From NCBI GenBank assembly GCA_963706795.1, contig OY970170.1:1235897-1267896 (forward strand): a DNA stretch of 32,000 bases. The letters are read 5' to 3'. The position numbers and the translations under genes were made by a program. This stretch comes from Candidatus Saccharimonadota bacterium (GTDB lineage Bacteria > Patescibacteriota > Gracilibacteria > BD1-5 > UBA2023). The notes under the pieces are model-generated. The model searched no databases. It was not told where the DNA came from and saw only the letters and a program-made list of their open reading frames with translations. Shown here one piece after another: positions 21,312 through 30,869 of the stretch; position 1 is the stretch's first letter; every line of letters starts with the position of its first letter.

Positions 21312-22190
21312 TTATCATGTAAATTTTGATCAAAATATTTCCCTCCATTTTTGATTAGCAGAATATTCCTTTGCCTCCGATTCATACTGCATAGCCTCTA
21401 TCGCTAAGTTATATGCCAATTTTGCCTTGTACTCAAACTTTCATCCCCTCCATACGTACTGACCACTTCAAGGTGCAAGCCAGTAAGATTTATCCTCATC
21501 CTGTTCTTTAAGGAATTTAAAGAAATCCCTTACCATCCAATCATAATACAAATAAGATTTATCCTTTTGCGCCCAATTCTTCATAAAATGATAGCATAAT
21601 GTATCAATCAAAAGCCCTCACATTGGTACATTCCAATAATCTTTCCATACCCTAGTAATTCTGCATAGTCTTTTTAAATTAAAATTCCAGTCTTCATTCT
21701 TCTCCCTAATTTCCTTAATCTCAGGTTTTGGATTTGTCTTCTTCCAAGAACCTCAATCGTTTGAATCAGGAAAAGTATAACTATCGTCAGTTTTAATAAA
21801 GGCAGGTACTATTTCAAAACAGATTCAATCATTCCAGTTGATTCAAATAACTTGTCCATCCCCTTTTATATGTGTTGTAGGATATGTTTTCTGTAATGAT
21901 GATCTAATTGCTTGCAACAATGCAGACTGTCAGTTTCCAGTATAATTGTTATACGTTTCATACAGTGAATCTGGAAGTTGAAAAATTACATCAATGTCAC
22001 TTACATGTATGTCTGTATCTCTACCATAAGATCATACGTATAGACTATGGCTATATTCTGATTCTGTGGACCAAAAATCTTTATTTAATCTCTTTGTGAT
22101 AGATCTATAGCGTACTGAAATCGTATCTATATTATCAATATCGATACGAATATTATCGCAGAAATTTTCAAATTTAGTTGTAATAGACAT
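21312..22190 (-). CDS. SMODS / CD-NTase-like nucleotidyltransferase (292 aa)
   Basis: This is the only frame free of TAA/TAG across 21315..22193; I enumerated every tta/cta. 10 in-frame TGAs, so the track shows no ORF here. Pol-beta NTase core 'YVGSYGRDTDIHVSDIDVIFQLP', 'GICFEIVPAF', 'PDSNDGGSWKKTNPKPEIKEI', 'RLCRITRVWK'. ATG 22188-22190, TAA 21312-21314. Confidence 0.75.
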
Positions 22191-22203
22191 AGATTAACAA
22201 GAA

Positions 22204-23436
22204 CTAAATTAAAGATGGTAAAATTTCTCCGCTCATCAACCTTGGCAATAGCTCATCGCGAGTTCTCGAGAGCAATGCTACTTGAGCTAAGTTATTATAG
22301 ATTTTTCGAAAAATTGGCTTAACTTTCTCATCAAATCCCCTTACTCTCTCAATATTTGGAACAAGCACCTCAAGTTCTTTTATCATGGTCGAATTAATCG
22401 CTGTGACTATCGATGAAGTACTTCATAGTGAGTTGAAATCCAGTTTCTGAAGATAGCAATATATAAATTCGGTACTCAATGCAGAGTTGCCCTTGATTTT
22501 CAGGTGAGCAATTGCTTCATTTGAGAGCATCTCTTCGGTGGTAATCGTTAGTTTACCGACAGTCATTTTGAAACTCAATATCGTTGTATTGATAGGAATT
22601 ACTGAGATATTGAATTTCTTAATTGCCTCATCTATCAGATATTCTGAAGTTTCAAAAATATATGTTTTACTATTTCCGATATCCTTTATAGAAATCCACT
22701 TTTTCCCTGTTGGAGATTTTGAAAACCACTCCGGTTGAATACGAGGAGGAGTTCTTCAGATTGTAATATCAAACTCCGTCCCTAATTTTCCTACTCTCCA
22801 ACCCTCCGGCAACTCATCATCTACGCCATACTTCCCAAATAACTCCTGAAAAATTGTCTGCGCAGTTTTCTCAAGTGTCTCATTTTGCTCTCGAAGAAGT
22901 TCGATCTTATCATCGAAACTTGAAAGTATTTGAGCGATTGCTTGTTGTTCAGGGAGAGAAGGAAGAAGAATAGGATATTCAGTAATTTGTCTCTGGCTTA
23001 TATGCGGGATAGATGTTCCAGTATGAACCTTTGCTACATAGGATTCAAAATTCTTATTTAGAATGAGATGTGCTATGAAATGCTGATCTGAGATTCATGG
23101 TTTCCTTCTTAAACATGCTACTCGCTGAGCCAATATTAGTGGCAGTTCTTTTTCTTGAACCATAGACCTATTTTTTCCAACCTTTGATCCATCCATTCAA
23201 ATTACTATGTCATCTTTTTGTAAGAAACACTTTTCCAATCCATCCGTAGAATGATTCCAATACTTCACAATATCCCATCTAAGAAATCATTCCGAGACAT
23301 TTTCTCATCTTACGACTCTCAAATTTCAATTCGAATCATATAAATTTCACTTGAATGATTCTCACGTAAAAATATCCACAACCTTCCCCAAAGTCGTCTC
23401 CATCCACCCTTCAGGAATCATTTTTTCATTTCTCAT
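22204..23436 (-). CDS. hsdS: Type I restriction enzyme, S (specificity) subunit (410 aa)
   Basis: The frame is open from 23496 to TAG 22204, with 9 in-frame TGAs. 'IPEGWMETTLGKVVDIFTG', 'LAQRVACLRRK', 'HTGTSIPHISQRQI', central 'LPEQQAIAQILSSFDDKIELLREQNETLEKTAQTIFQELF', second TRD 'LPEGWRVGKLG...', C-terminal 'RTRDELLPRLMSGEI'. Confidence 0.9.
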
Positions 23437-23437
23437 A

Positions 23438-23908
23438 CTACTTTTGAGGATTACTCATTTGATTAAGTACGCTATCCACCGCCTTTCATGGTAAGTTTAT
23501 ATCTCCTGTGTTAGTTCATGGAGTGTTTACTTTCTCAGCAATGTTCTCATAATCTGGCGTAACTTTATAATTTCCTCGATTACTCCTATAAAGCTTCCAA
23601 TTCTGTGCCCATTCAATCGCAGTATCTCGGAAACTTTTGTCTATCTTACCGTAATTTACAAGTGTCTCTGAGCCTCAAAATCAGATAGTCATAAATGTTA
23701 CGAGATAGGCCACAGTAATCACCCCGACTTTGTTCTTAAACCATTCAACTTTTGTAGTCAGAAGATATGTCAGAAAAACGAGCAAACAAGCGATTCCGAT
23801 TGCTATAAGCCAGAAGATGATCGTGAATACCGCATAAATAATCACCGCGAGGATTACAATTCCTATCACTCATTGTTCTACGAATCTTTCTTTTCATTTT
23901 CGACCCAT
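23438..23908 (-). CDS. Small membrane protein (156 aa; 2 N-terminal TM helices plus soluble tail), unknown function
   Basis: Track ORF 23681..23869 extends to ATG 23906-23908 and through TGAs (23681, 23675, 23516, 23486) to TAG 23438-23440, 1 nt before the hsdS ATG. Confidence 0.55.
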
Positions 23909-23952
23909 ACTACTTTTGGTTATCAGACAAAGGTTTATGCACTTCAAATAAT

Positions 23953-25089
23953 TTATTTCTCCAGGATATCAAAATAAGACCTAAATACGAAGAGTCGATT
24001 TCTTTTGTTGCCAGTGATTTCCACAAGTATGCCAAGCTTCACAAAATCTTGTATGAGATCGTTTGTCGCTTTTGGGGAGAGATCTGTAATCAATTGCACG
24101 TTTCGCGAAGATACGATGGGCTTCTCGAAAAGTTTCTCAAGCAAGGTATGTGCGCTTTGCATCTTCCTTCCAAGAGTGGGAAGTGAATTTTTGGTATGAT
24201 AGTCTTTCAGATCTAGGACTGCCTTGAGCGAAAGCGTTGCTTCATTTGCAGTTTGTTCCACTCACTCAAGGAAGAAAAGCACCCAAGAGAGAAGATCGTT
24301 TTTCTCTCTAACCCAGGTGAGCTTGTCGTAGTAGAGGGATTTGTTCTTTTCGAAGAAATCAGATACATACAAGAGTGGTCTATGGAGTATACCGTTACTT
24401 ACTAGATAGAGCGGTATCATGAGTCTCCCAGTTCTGCCGTTCCCATCGAGAAATGGGTGTATAGTCTCGAACTGATAGTGAGCTATGGCAATCTTTATGA
24501 GATGAGGAAGTCACACGGCGTCATTATGGAGGAATTTCTCTAGATCAGACATGAGATCACTTACGTGTTCTTGACTCGGGGGTATAAATTTTGCATCAGA
24601 CAGACCCGCACCGCCAATCCAATTTTGACTCGTTCTGAATTCTCAGGGACTCTTATCCCTTCCTCGCACATGAGAGAGAAGGATCTTGTGGATTGATTTA
24701 ATCAAGCGGTTTGAGAGTGGGATATTCTCAAGTTCTTCGATAGCAAAATTGAGAGATTCACGATATTGAATAGTTTCCCTCCAGTCATCCCGTTTTTCTG
24801 GTTGGATATCTCATTCATCAGAAAAAGCCTCTTCAATATTGGTTTTTGTTCCCTCTATTCGGCTTGATGTGACCGCTTCCTTCATGACATATGATTGAAG
24901 GAAAAGTTCGATATTTGGGACAAATTTTGAAAAGGAATTGAGCTCACCAAGCTTAAATGATGCGGATTCAAGTTTCTTCTGAAGAAGAGGATGTGAAAAA
25001 GTCCATTCATGATTTATGGTTTCAGGAAGGAAGTACTTATACTGATAAGCATTTCTCCAAACTCCAGATGTAAAGGTCTCGATCTGCAT
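23953..25089 (-). CDS. Fic/DOC family protein (378 aa)
   Basis: Track ORFs 24811..25089 and 23953..24261 are in frame. The translated gap contains the Fic motif '[12 protein letters not shown]', preceded by '[14 protein letters not shown]'. N-terminal Fic_N-like 'SSRIEGTKT', wHTH-like C-terminus. 4 in-frame TGAs. TAA 23953-23955. Confidence 0.9.
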
Positions 25090-25175
25090 AGAAGTAAATT
25101 ATATATTTCTATAATTTAGTTTATCAGTTAAAAGTAAAATTACAATATCCATATTTTACTTTTGAACGTTATCCA

Positions 25176-26690
25176 CTAAAGCTCAAATCCTATCTTCGCA
25201 AGCTGTCTTTTGATCTCTTCATCGAGTTCTTTCTCTCGTGCCATCTGCTCACCGAGCTTAGTGGTGAGTTCTTTCATCTTTACTTCAAATGGAATCCCAT
25301 CGTCAACTGCGTCTACAATCCCAACATATCGACCTGGAGTAAGTACAAATCCATGTTTCTCGATGTCAGCGAGGCTTGCAGACTTACAATATCCTTTCTG
25401 ATCTTCGTAGGTATTCCCTTTTCTCCAGTTGTGATACGTTTCAGCGATCTTATTCATATGATCTTCGGAGAGATCTCTATGAACACGATCCTTCATATAT
25501 CCCATCTCAGAAGCATCGATGAAAAGCGTTTCACCTTTGCGCTCTGTTCTCTCACGTCGGAGAAACCAGATACAGGCTGGGATACCAGTATTGTAGAAAA
25601 GTTGTTTTGGAAGCGCGACGATACAGTCTACGAGGTCTGCAAGGACGAGCTTTTTGCGGATTTCTCCTTCTCCACTTGTATTAGATGAGAGTGAACCGTT
25701 AGCAAGAACGGTCGCCATGACTCCATGAGGCGCAAGGTGGTAAAGCATATGTTGAATCCATCCGAAATTCGCATTCCCTGAGGGTGGAACTCCGTATTTC
25801 CAGCGCGCATCGTCTTGGAGGATATCGACTCCCCACTCTGATTGATTGAAGGGCGGATTTGCGATGATAAAGTCAGCCTTGAGATCAGGATGCTCATCAC
25901 GAAGAAAAGAGCCCTCTGTATTCCAACGCACAAACTGCGAGTTGATATTACGGATTGCTAGATTCATCTTTGAGAGTTTCCAGGTTGTTTGGTTACTCTC
26001 TTGGCCGTAGATAGTGATATCTTTGATATTTCCCTGGTGTTCTTTGATGAATTTCTCACTCATTATGAACATACCACCGGAACCACAGGCTGGGTCGTAA
26101 ACACGTCCTTTGTATGGCTCGATCATCTCGACCATGAGTTTAACAATGGCTTTTGGCGTGTAAAACTGACCACCCTTTTTTCCTTCGGCATTTGCGAATT
26201 CACCGAGGAAATATTCATAAACTCGACCGAGGAGGTCTTTTGTATTGGCATTTGCAGCCTTGAGTTCGATGTCAGAGATTACGTCGATAAGTTCACCTAG
26301 AGAGGTTTTGTCGAGATTGGGCTTACCGTAGACTTTGGATAGTACATTGCGAAGCTCCGAGTTCTCTTTCTCTATGGACTCCATCGCATCGTCGAGATCC
26401 ACTCCAATCGTTGGAAGTTTTGCTCGTGCATGGAGTGTTTTCCAACGAGCATTTTCTGGCACGAAGAATACATTTTTTGCCTTGTACTCATCACGGTCCT
26501 CTGGATCAGAAAATTCATCTGCCTCAAGTTCGTCGTAGAGCTCTTGAAAACTATCAGAAATATACTTGAGGAAGACAAGTCCAAGAACGACGTTTTTGTA
26601 TTCTGCTGCGTCGATGTTTTTACGAAGCTTGTCAGCAGTCTTGAAGAGTTGTGCTTCGAAATTATTATTGGCTTGATTCTGCGCTGCCAT
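25176..26690 (-). CDS. hsdM: Type I restriction enzyme, M (N6-adenine methyltransferase) subunit (504 aa)
   Basis: Intact in the track. 'VVLGLVFLKYISDSF' (HsdM_N), 'GQFYTPKAIVKLMVEMI', 'VYDPACGSGGMF' (SAM motif I), 'FIIANPPFN' (motif IV NPPF). TAG stop. No in-frame TGA at all. Confidence 0.95.
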   Translation of the reverse strand: MAAQNQANNNFEAQLFKTADKLRKNIDAAEYKNVVLGLVFLKYISDSFQELYDELEADEFSDPEDRDEYKAKNVFFVPENARWKTLHARAKLPTIGVDLDDAMESIEKENSELRNVLSKVYGKPNLDKTSLGELIDVISDIELKAANANTKDLLGRVYEYFLGEFANAEGKKGGQFYTPKAIVKLMVEMIEPYKGRVYDPACGSGGMFIMSEKFIKEHQGNIKDITIYGQESNQTTWKLSKMNLAIRNINSQFVRWNTEGSFLRDEHPDLKADFIIANPPFNQSEWGVDILQDDARWKYGVPPSGNANFGWIQHMLYHLAPHGVMATVLANGSLSSNTSGEGEIRKKLVLADLVDCIVALPKQLFYNTGIPACIWFLRRERTERKGETLFIDASEMGYMKDRVHRDLSEDHMNKIAETYHNWRKGNTYEDQKGYCKSASLADIEKHGFVLTPGRYVGIVDAVDDGIPFEVKMKELTTKLGEQMAREKELDEEIKRQLAKIGFEL

Positions 26691-26719
26691 GAGGAATGAG
26701 TCAGGAATTTTCTTGAAAT

Positions 26720-26748
26720 TTTACCCAATACTGATGCATTGGGTAAAT
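26720..26748. repeat. 10-bp inverted repeat upstream of hsdM (terminator of the preceding gene or an operator)
   Basis: tttacccaat (26720-26729) / attgggtaaa (26739-26748), 9-nt loop. It lies 30 nt upstream of the hsdM ATG and 58 nt downstream of the stop at 26806. The T-tract is weak. Confidence 0.4.
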
Positions 26749-26805
26749 AACTCGTAAAGTATAGTGTTTTAGAGGAAAAGACAATAAGGATAGCCGTGCT
26801 GAATT

Positions 26806-27456
26806 TTATGGGGTTACAGAATTTAATTCATTTCTTCTTATAAAATAGATATACATCCTAGTTCATAGCATAGTGAGTTCTTGGTGAGTTCTTACTAGTT
26901 CGAATTTTGAGTATTCAGAACTATCAAAGAAAGCTTGTATATCTTCAATAGAATATTTGTCTCTCTGAAAACTTACTTTCTCGGGGTAAATTGCAAAAAC
27001 AACACTCATCTTATAAACAGCATCAGTACTACTAACTTTCTTTAATCCGATTTTGGCATTTAGAACATCAGCTGCATCTTGTCACTTATTGTTTTTCACA
27101 TCCCTTATTGCTCTAAGGGACACGGCTCATTGAGAAAAAAGTTCTCTCAATTTTGATCAGGTACATTTCTTCACATGCACAAATTGACTCGTTTTCTCAA
27201 TAAACAAATCACATATTTCCAAACCATTTAATGTAAGTGATTGGTCATGAGAATCACCAAGATCTAAACAGTGATATCAAGCTTTATGAAGAACTGGATG
27301 ACTAGAATCAACATAGAATGCATCCGACTTATCATGAACAGCATTAAATGCAGCTTCATTATGAGTCCACCTGTATCAACCCACTGTACTATTTATTTTA
27401 TCTATAGTTGATTCCCATGGGTTCAAGAAATCATCCTTCAAGGGGCAATACCTCTT
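26806..27456 (-). CDS. C-terminal fragment of a PD-(D/E)xK-like, TIGR04141/DUF6119-like protein (frameshifted relative to 27402..28763)
   Basis: The frame is open from 27456 to TAA 26806-26808 with no ATG near its top. 'HCLDLGDSHDQSLTLNGLEICDLFIEKTSQFVHVKKCTGSKLRELFSQGAVSLRAI' gives a D...E-x-K nuclease-like core. The 'HVK...LxxLFxQGxxS' signature is one I associate with TIGR04141. 6 in-frame TGAs. Confidence 0.55.
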
Positions 27457-28763
27457 TTAAATAAATTTGAGAACTCCTCTTCTACACAGGTAAATAGATC
27501 GGCATTGGGCTCGTAAAAAGCCTCTCAGTACTTGAAATATCGACCATGGGGATTCTCAAGCAAAATTTCACCCTCAATAAGTTCTTCAAATGTAAGTCGC
27601 ACAGAGTCATCCTTGGATCAATCATTATAACTGATGAGTAACTCAAGATTTTTTATAGAGGTAAGATTCGGGAAATCTCGAAGATTAATTTTAACGGCAT
27701 CATCGATAATGAGATCAATTGAATCGAATTCAATTCAATCACTTTGATCACAGGTATCTCTAATTATCGCGTTATTAAAAACATATTCATTCTCTATCAT
27801 GTTCTCTCGTAATTCTTCAAGAGTCGAAACTGATATACTAAAATCACTCAATCCTTTTTCCAAAACACGCTTATTCAGTTCCACTAGAAGCAATCTATGT
27901 AATGCGGAATCTTCTGGCACTCTCAGCAGTTCCGGTATTTTTAATCAATCAAGCACATTTACATCATACCAATAAATCCGATCGATAATCTCAGTTAGTA
28001 ATTGACGATCAATTTTTTCAATTTTTAGCTGCAAAGACTCAGTTCCTGTAGCACTAAATGCAAGTCTTCTGTATTCTTTTCTAGAACTGTTTCTAGGATT
28101 AAAGTTTGAGTCTTCGTGGAAAAATTTACTGAGATTTACTTTTCAGATGAGCTCTTTTAGTACTCTTGTTGCATTTGTAAAATCTTCTGAAGGCCTATAT
28201 TTTGTTTTTCAATTCGACTTAAAAGTTCTCATTATTTCATCCAACAAGTTACCACTTCCACCAGTTTCTTTTTGAAAACTACGTCGTAAGTCGCCATCTT
28301 CGGATATAAGCTTTTTTGTCATTTCAATTCAGAATCTCTCTTCAAAAATATCTCGTAAGTATTGAAATCCTCTTCCGAAAGAAATCAGGTAGTATTCTCA
28401 CCCAATATGGAATCCACCAATTATCCCCTTATTTATAGTCTTATACTCAGATGAAATTTCCTCAAAATCATCTTCAAGACCTACTAGCTTAAGAAAATTG
28501 AACCAGGACTCCTTTTCGATAATCTCTGTACCTTCATGCTTCATCCAGGCAAATAAACAATACCTAGCACTAGATGACGTATGAAGCTGCAGAGGACGCC
28601 ACTCTTTTACAATCTGTGTACCTCCAGTACTAGCACTTGTATTAGATAGTAATCCAGCATTCTCTAGTTTCCCCTGAACTGTCTTAAACAATTTCTCTTC
28701 GTCCTTTAAGTTACTTTTTACCTTGTAAATCCTAAGCTCACTAATGAATGTTGACTGAGACAT
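27402..28763 (-). CDS. N-terminal fragment (453 codons) of the same TIGR04141-like gene
   Basis: Track ORFs 28398..28763 and 27735..27920 share a frame. There is no TAA/TAG in that frame until TAG 27402-27404. ATG at 28761-28763. The last about 17 codons overlap the open top of the 26806..27456 frame. Confidence 0.55.
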
Positions 28764-28847
28764 AAATGTTTTTTAACGCTAGAAAAACCTCCCATCCACA
28801 CCAACAAAGTGTTTCAAGGAGGTTTCCTTATTTTGAGATTCTTCTAA

Positions 28848-28924
28848 TGGTGGACCGGGAGGGGCTCGAACCCTCGACCTAAAGATTAAGAGTCTTCCGC
28901 TCTAACCAACTGAGCTACCGATCC
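28848..28924 (-). tRNA. tRNA-Lys (anticodon CUU), CCA encoded
   Basis: Minus-strand read: GGATCGG-TA-GCTC-AGTTGGTTA-GAGC-G-GAAGA-CTCTTAA-TCTTT-AGGTC-GAGGG-TTCGAGC-CCCTC-CCGGTCC-A-CCA. 7-bp acceptor stem (one G-U), T-loop TTCGAGC, 7-nt anticodon loop with CTT at positions 34-36. Confidence 0.9.
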
Positions 28925-28997
28925 AAGGTGATGTGCTTGCGACATAGGCTCACAAAGCTCGCGAAATATATCGAAAAAAAGTGCGAAATCAAATCTT

Positions 28998-29717
28998 TTA
29001 TGGAGAAGATTGCTTTCCGCGGAGGAGTGAGAGAATAACGCGGTCAATCTGGTACTTGGTGATAGCGTTAGTGGAGGCGATATCGGTGATGGCTTTGGCG
29101 AGGATATCAAAGAAATCTGGGGGCAATTCTCCTGTGCGACGGCGGGCGGTGTCTTGGAGGGCGAAGAGGAGCTCGAGGGCTTCGTCGCGCTTGAATGTTT
29201 TGGTTGCGTAGTATTCGGCGATGGCGGGCTTGGAGAGGGTGATGAGGCCGAGGGCAAGCTCACGGGTATCAGGGCTGATATCGCGGGCAACATCGGTGAT
29301 CTCGAGGAATTGGACGCGTGAGGCTATGGTTTCGAGGAGGGCTTCGCGGGACTCGAGGGTGAGGAGGATGAGTGTGCGAGCAGGGACATCTTCAAATGTT
29401 TTGAGGAGGGCGTTGGCAGCTTCTTTGCTCATTTCGTCGACTTGGGAGACGATGATTACTTGGTAGGGGCCAGATGAGCGAATAGTTGCTCGGGTGATGA
29501 TTTCACGGACTTCTTCGACTTTGTAGGAGTCTTCGCGTGGGGCAAAAAAGGCGATGTCGGGGTGGGCAATCTCGGGAAGTTCTTCAAAAAATACTCGATG
29601 ATTAAAGAGTACTTGGATGATTTTTTCGGTCTGGGACTCGCTTACGACGATGGGTGCGACAGAGCCACCTGCTGTGAAGCGGTCGAGGACGGATGCGAGA
29701 CTTGGAGAGAGTGACAA
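28998..29717 (-). CDS. holB: DNA polymerase III delta-prime (HolB)-like clamp-loader subunit
   Basis: 'EAANALLKTFEDVPARTLILLTLESREALLETIASRVQFLEI' matches the clamp-loader sensor-1/SRC region. TTG start at 29715-29717 (in-frame TAG just upstream), TAA 28998-29000. Visibly GC-richer than the island; no in-frame TGA. Confidence 0.75.
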   Translation of the reverse strand: MSLSPSLASVLDRFTAGGSVAPIVVSESQTEKIIQVLFNHRVFFEELPEIAHPDIAFFAPREDSYKVEEVREIITRATIRSSGPYQVIIVSQVDEMSKEAANALLKTFEDVPARTLILLTLESREALLETIASRVQFLEITDVARDISPDTRELALGLITLSKPAIAEYYATKTFKRDEALELLFALQDTARRRTGELPPDFFDILAKAITDIASTNAITKYQIDRVILSLLRGKQSSP

Positions 29718-29741
29718 ATTGGGCTTTATTTCGGACTATTT

Positions 29742-30869
29742 GTGCCTATTCTATGGCAAACATCGCCCGTGAAAAGTCTCATTTCTTTGTATATCGAATA
29801 TCAGGCCCAGATTATTGCTCTGTCGGCAGTTTTTTTGGCGCTTATTTTGTGGAGGTTTTCGTTTGTGCGAAGGATTGGATATTTCTTTGCCAACCTTCCA
29901 AACAAGCTTTTGGCATTACTGATGCTGTTAGTGCTCGTGCCGGCAATTGGTGGAGCATTGTATTATATCTTTGCGCTGAATACTGGATCACTTGAAGTGC
30001 AGGTTTCTGGAGGCTCGGATGTGACTATCGGGTTGAAGCGATCTGATGTAAATGCATTTGAGCGGGTCTGTGCGGATATTTGTCGATTTGAGAATATTCC
30101 CGCCGGAAGCTACGATGTTATGTATTCCTGATCTGGCATTGTCGAGACGCGAGAAGTTGCCACCATCAAGCGTGGTGAAAATCTCAGGATTTCATTTGTG
30201 CCCGCCGGTAAAATCGCCCTGGAGCCAACGGATCGAGTCACCGCAACTGGCAGTGTGAGTGATGATGACAACTACGTCTTTGCTGGAGCATTCCGTGGGA
30301 AAAACTACAATATCAAACTCTCCCCTTTTGGTTTTGGAGAAGCGAGTGGCAGCGGACAAAATACGCTCTATGAGGCAAATTGACTCGTTGGATATCTGAC
30401 AGGATCAATTCAATATGGATATTTTGTAACGACTACAGCGGACAAAAATCTCCATGTGCTCGATCTTGTTTCGCTTGCGGTCCATGATTTTGGTTCGCCG
30501 GATGAGAGTGTCGCGCTCAGTATCAAATCGACTGGTAAAAAAGATATGGCTGTGCTCGAGACCAAATCTTGATCTTATCTCGTAAATCTCGGTGATAATA
30601 CGCTCACTCCCCTTGCGCTCTATGATGACCTCGCTCTCAGTGCGCGCGGGACACTCATCGGGCTTGTGCGCGGAGAAAGCGCGACAAAAAGATCGCTCCT
30701 TAATCTCGATACGAGATCATGAGACATCCTCATCGATACAACACGTATAGATAGTAAGCGAGTACTGATGGACGGACTCTCGGCGATTGCGCATATCCAC
30801 ACGATTGGTGGCAAATTTATGGTCGAATATATCGACGGAAGCTGGGCAAATCTTAATGGAATCAATTAA
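29742..30869 (+). CDS. Membrane-anchored protein with beta-rich extracytoplasmic region (375 aa), unknown function
   Basis: Track ORFs 29742..30131 and 30198..30383 are in frame. Reading through TGAs at 30129, 30381, 30570 and 30720 reaches TAA 30867-30869. Two N-terminal TM helices. GTG start at 29742 is uncertain. The stop overlaps the next ATG (TAATG). Confidence 0.6.

Noticed and set aside
25090-25175. Possible internal promoter for the Fic gene in the 86-nt AT-rich hsdM-Fic spacer (TATAAT-like hexamer about 9 nt upstream of the ATG on the minus strand).
   Set aside because: There is no convincing -35 element at proper spacing, and the region is so AT-rich that hexamer matches are expected by chance. 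Not reported as a feature.
27450-27470. Possible programmed -1 ribosomal frameshift at the T/A-rich junction TTTATTTAAAAGAGG of the TIGR04141-like gene.
   Set aside because: The canonical X-XXY-YYZ heptamer (T-TTA-AAA) is not in the zero frame here, where the codons are TTA-TTT-AAA-AGA. I see no obvious downstream stimulatory structure. A one-base homopolymer indel is the simpler explanation.
28764-28847. Stem aaacctcc (28786-28793) / ggaggttt (28819-28826) downstream of tRNA-Lys as a terminator, and a search for an att-like repeat of the tRNA 3' end.
   Set aside because: The loop is about 25 nt and the trailing T-run is short, so the terminator call is weak. I could not find a second copy of the tRNA 3' segment by eye anywhere in the window.
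28886-29293. Track ORF 28886..29293 (minus, Pro/Ser-rich, 135 aa) overlapping the tRNA and the holB-like gene.
   Set aside because: It overlaps tRNA-Lys and is an alternative frame of the well-supported holB-like CDS. The low-complexity P/S composition is typical of an off-frame artefact in GC-richer DNA.
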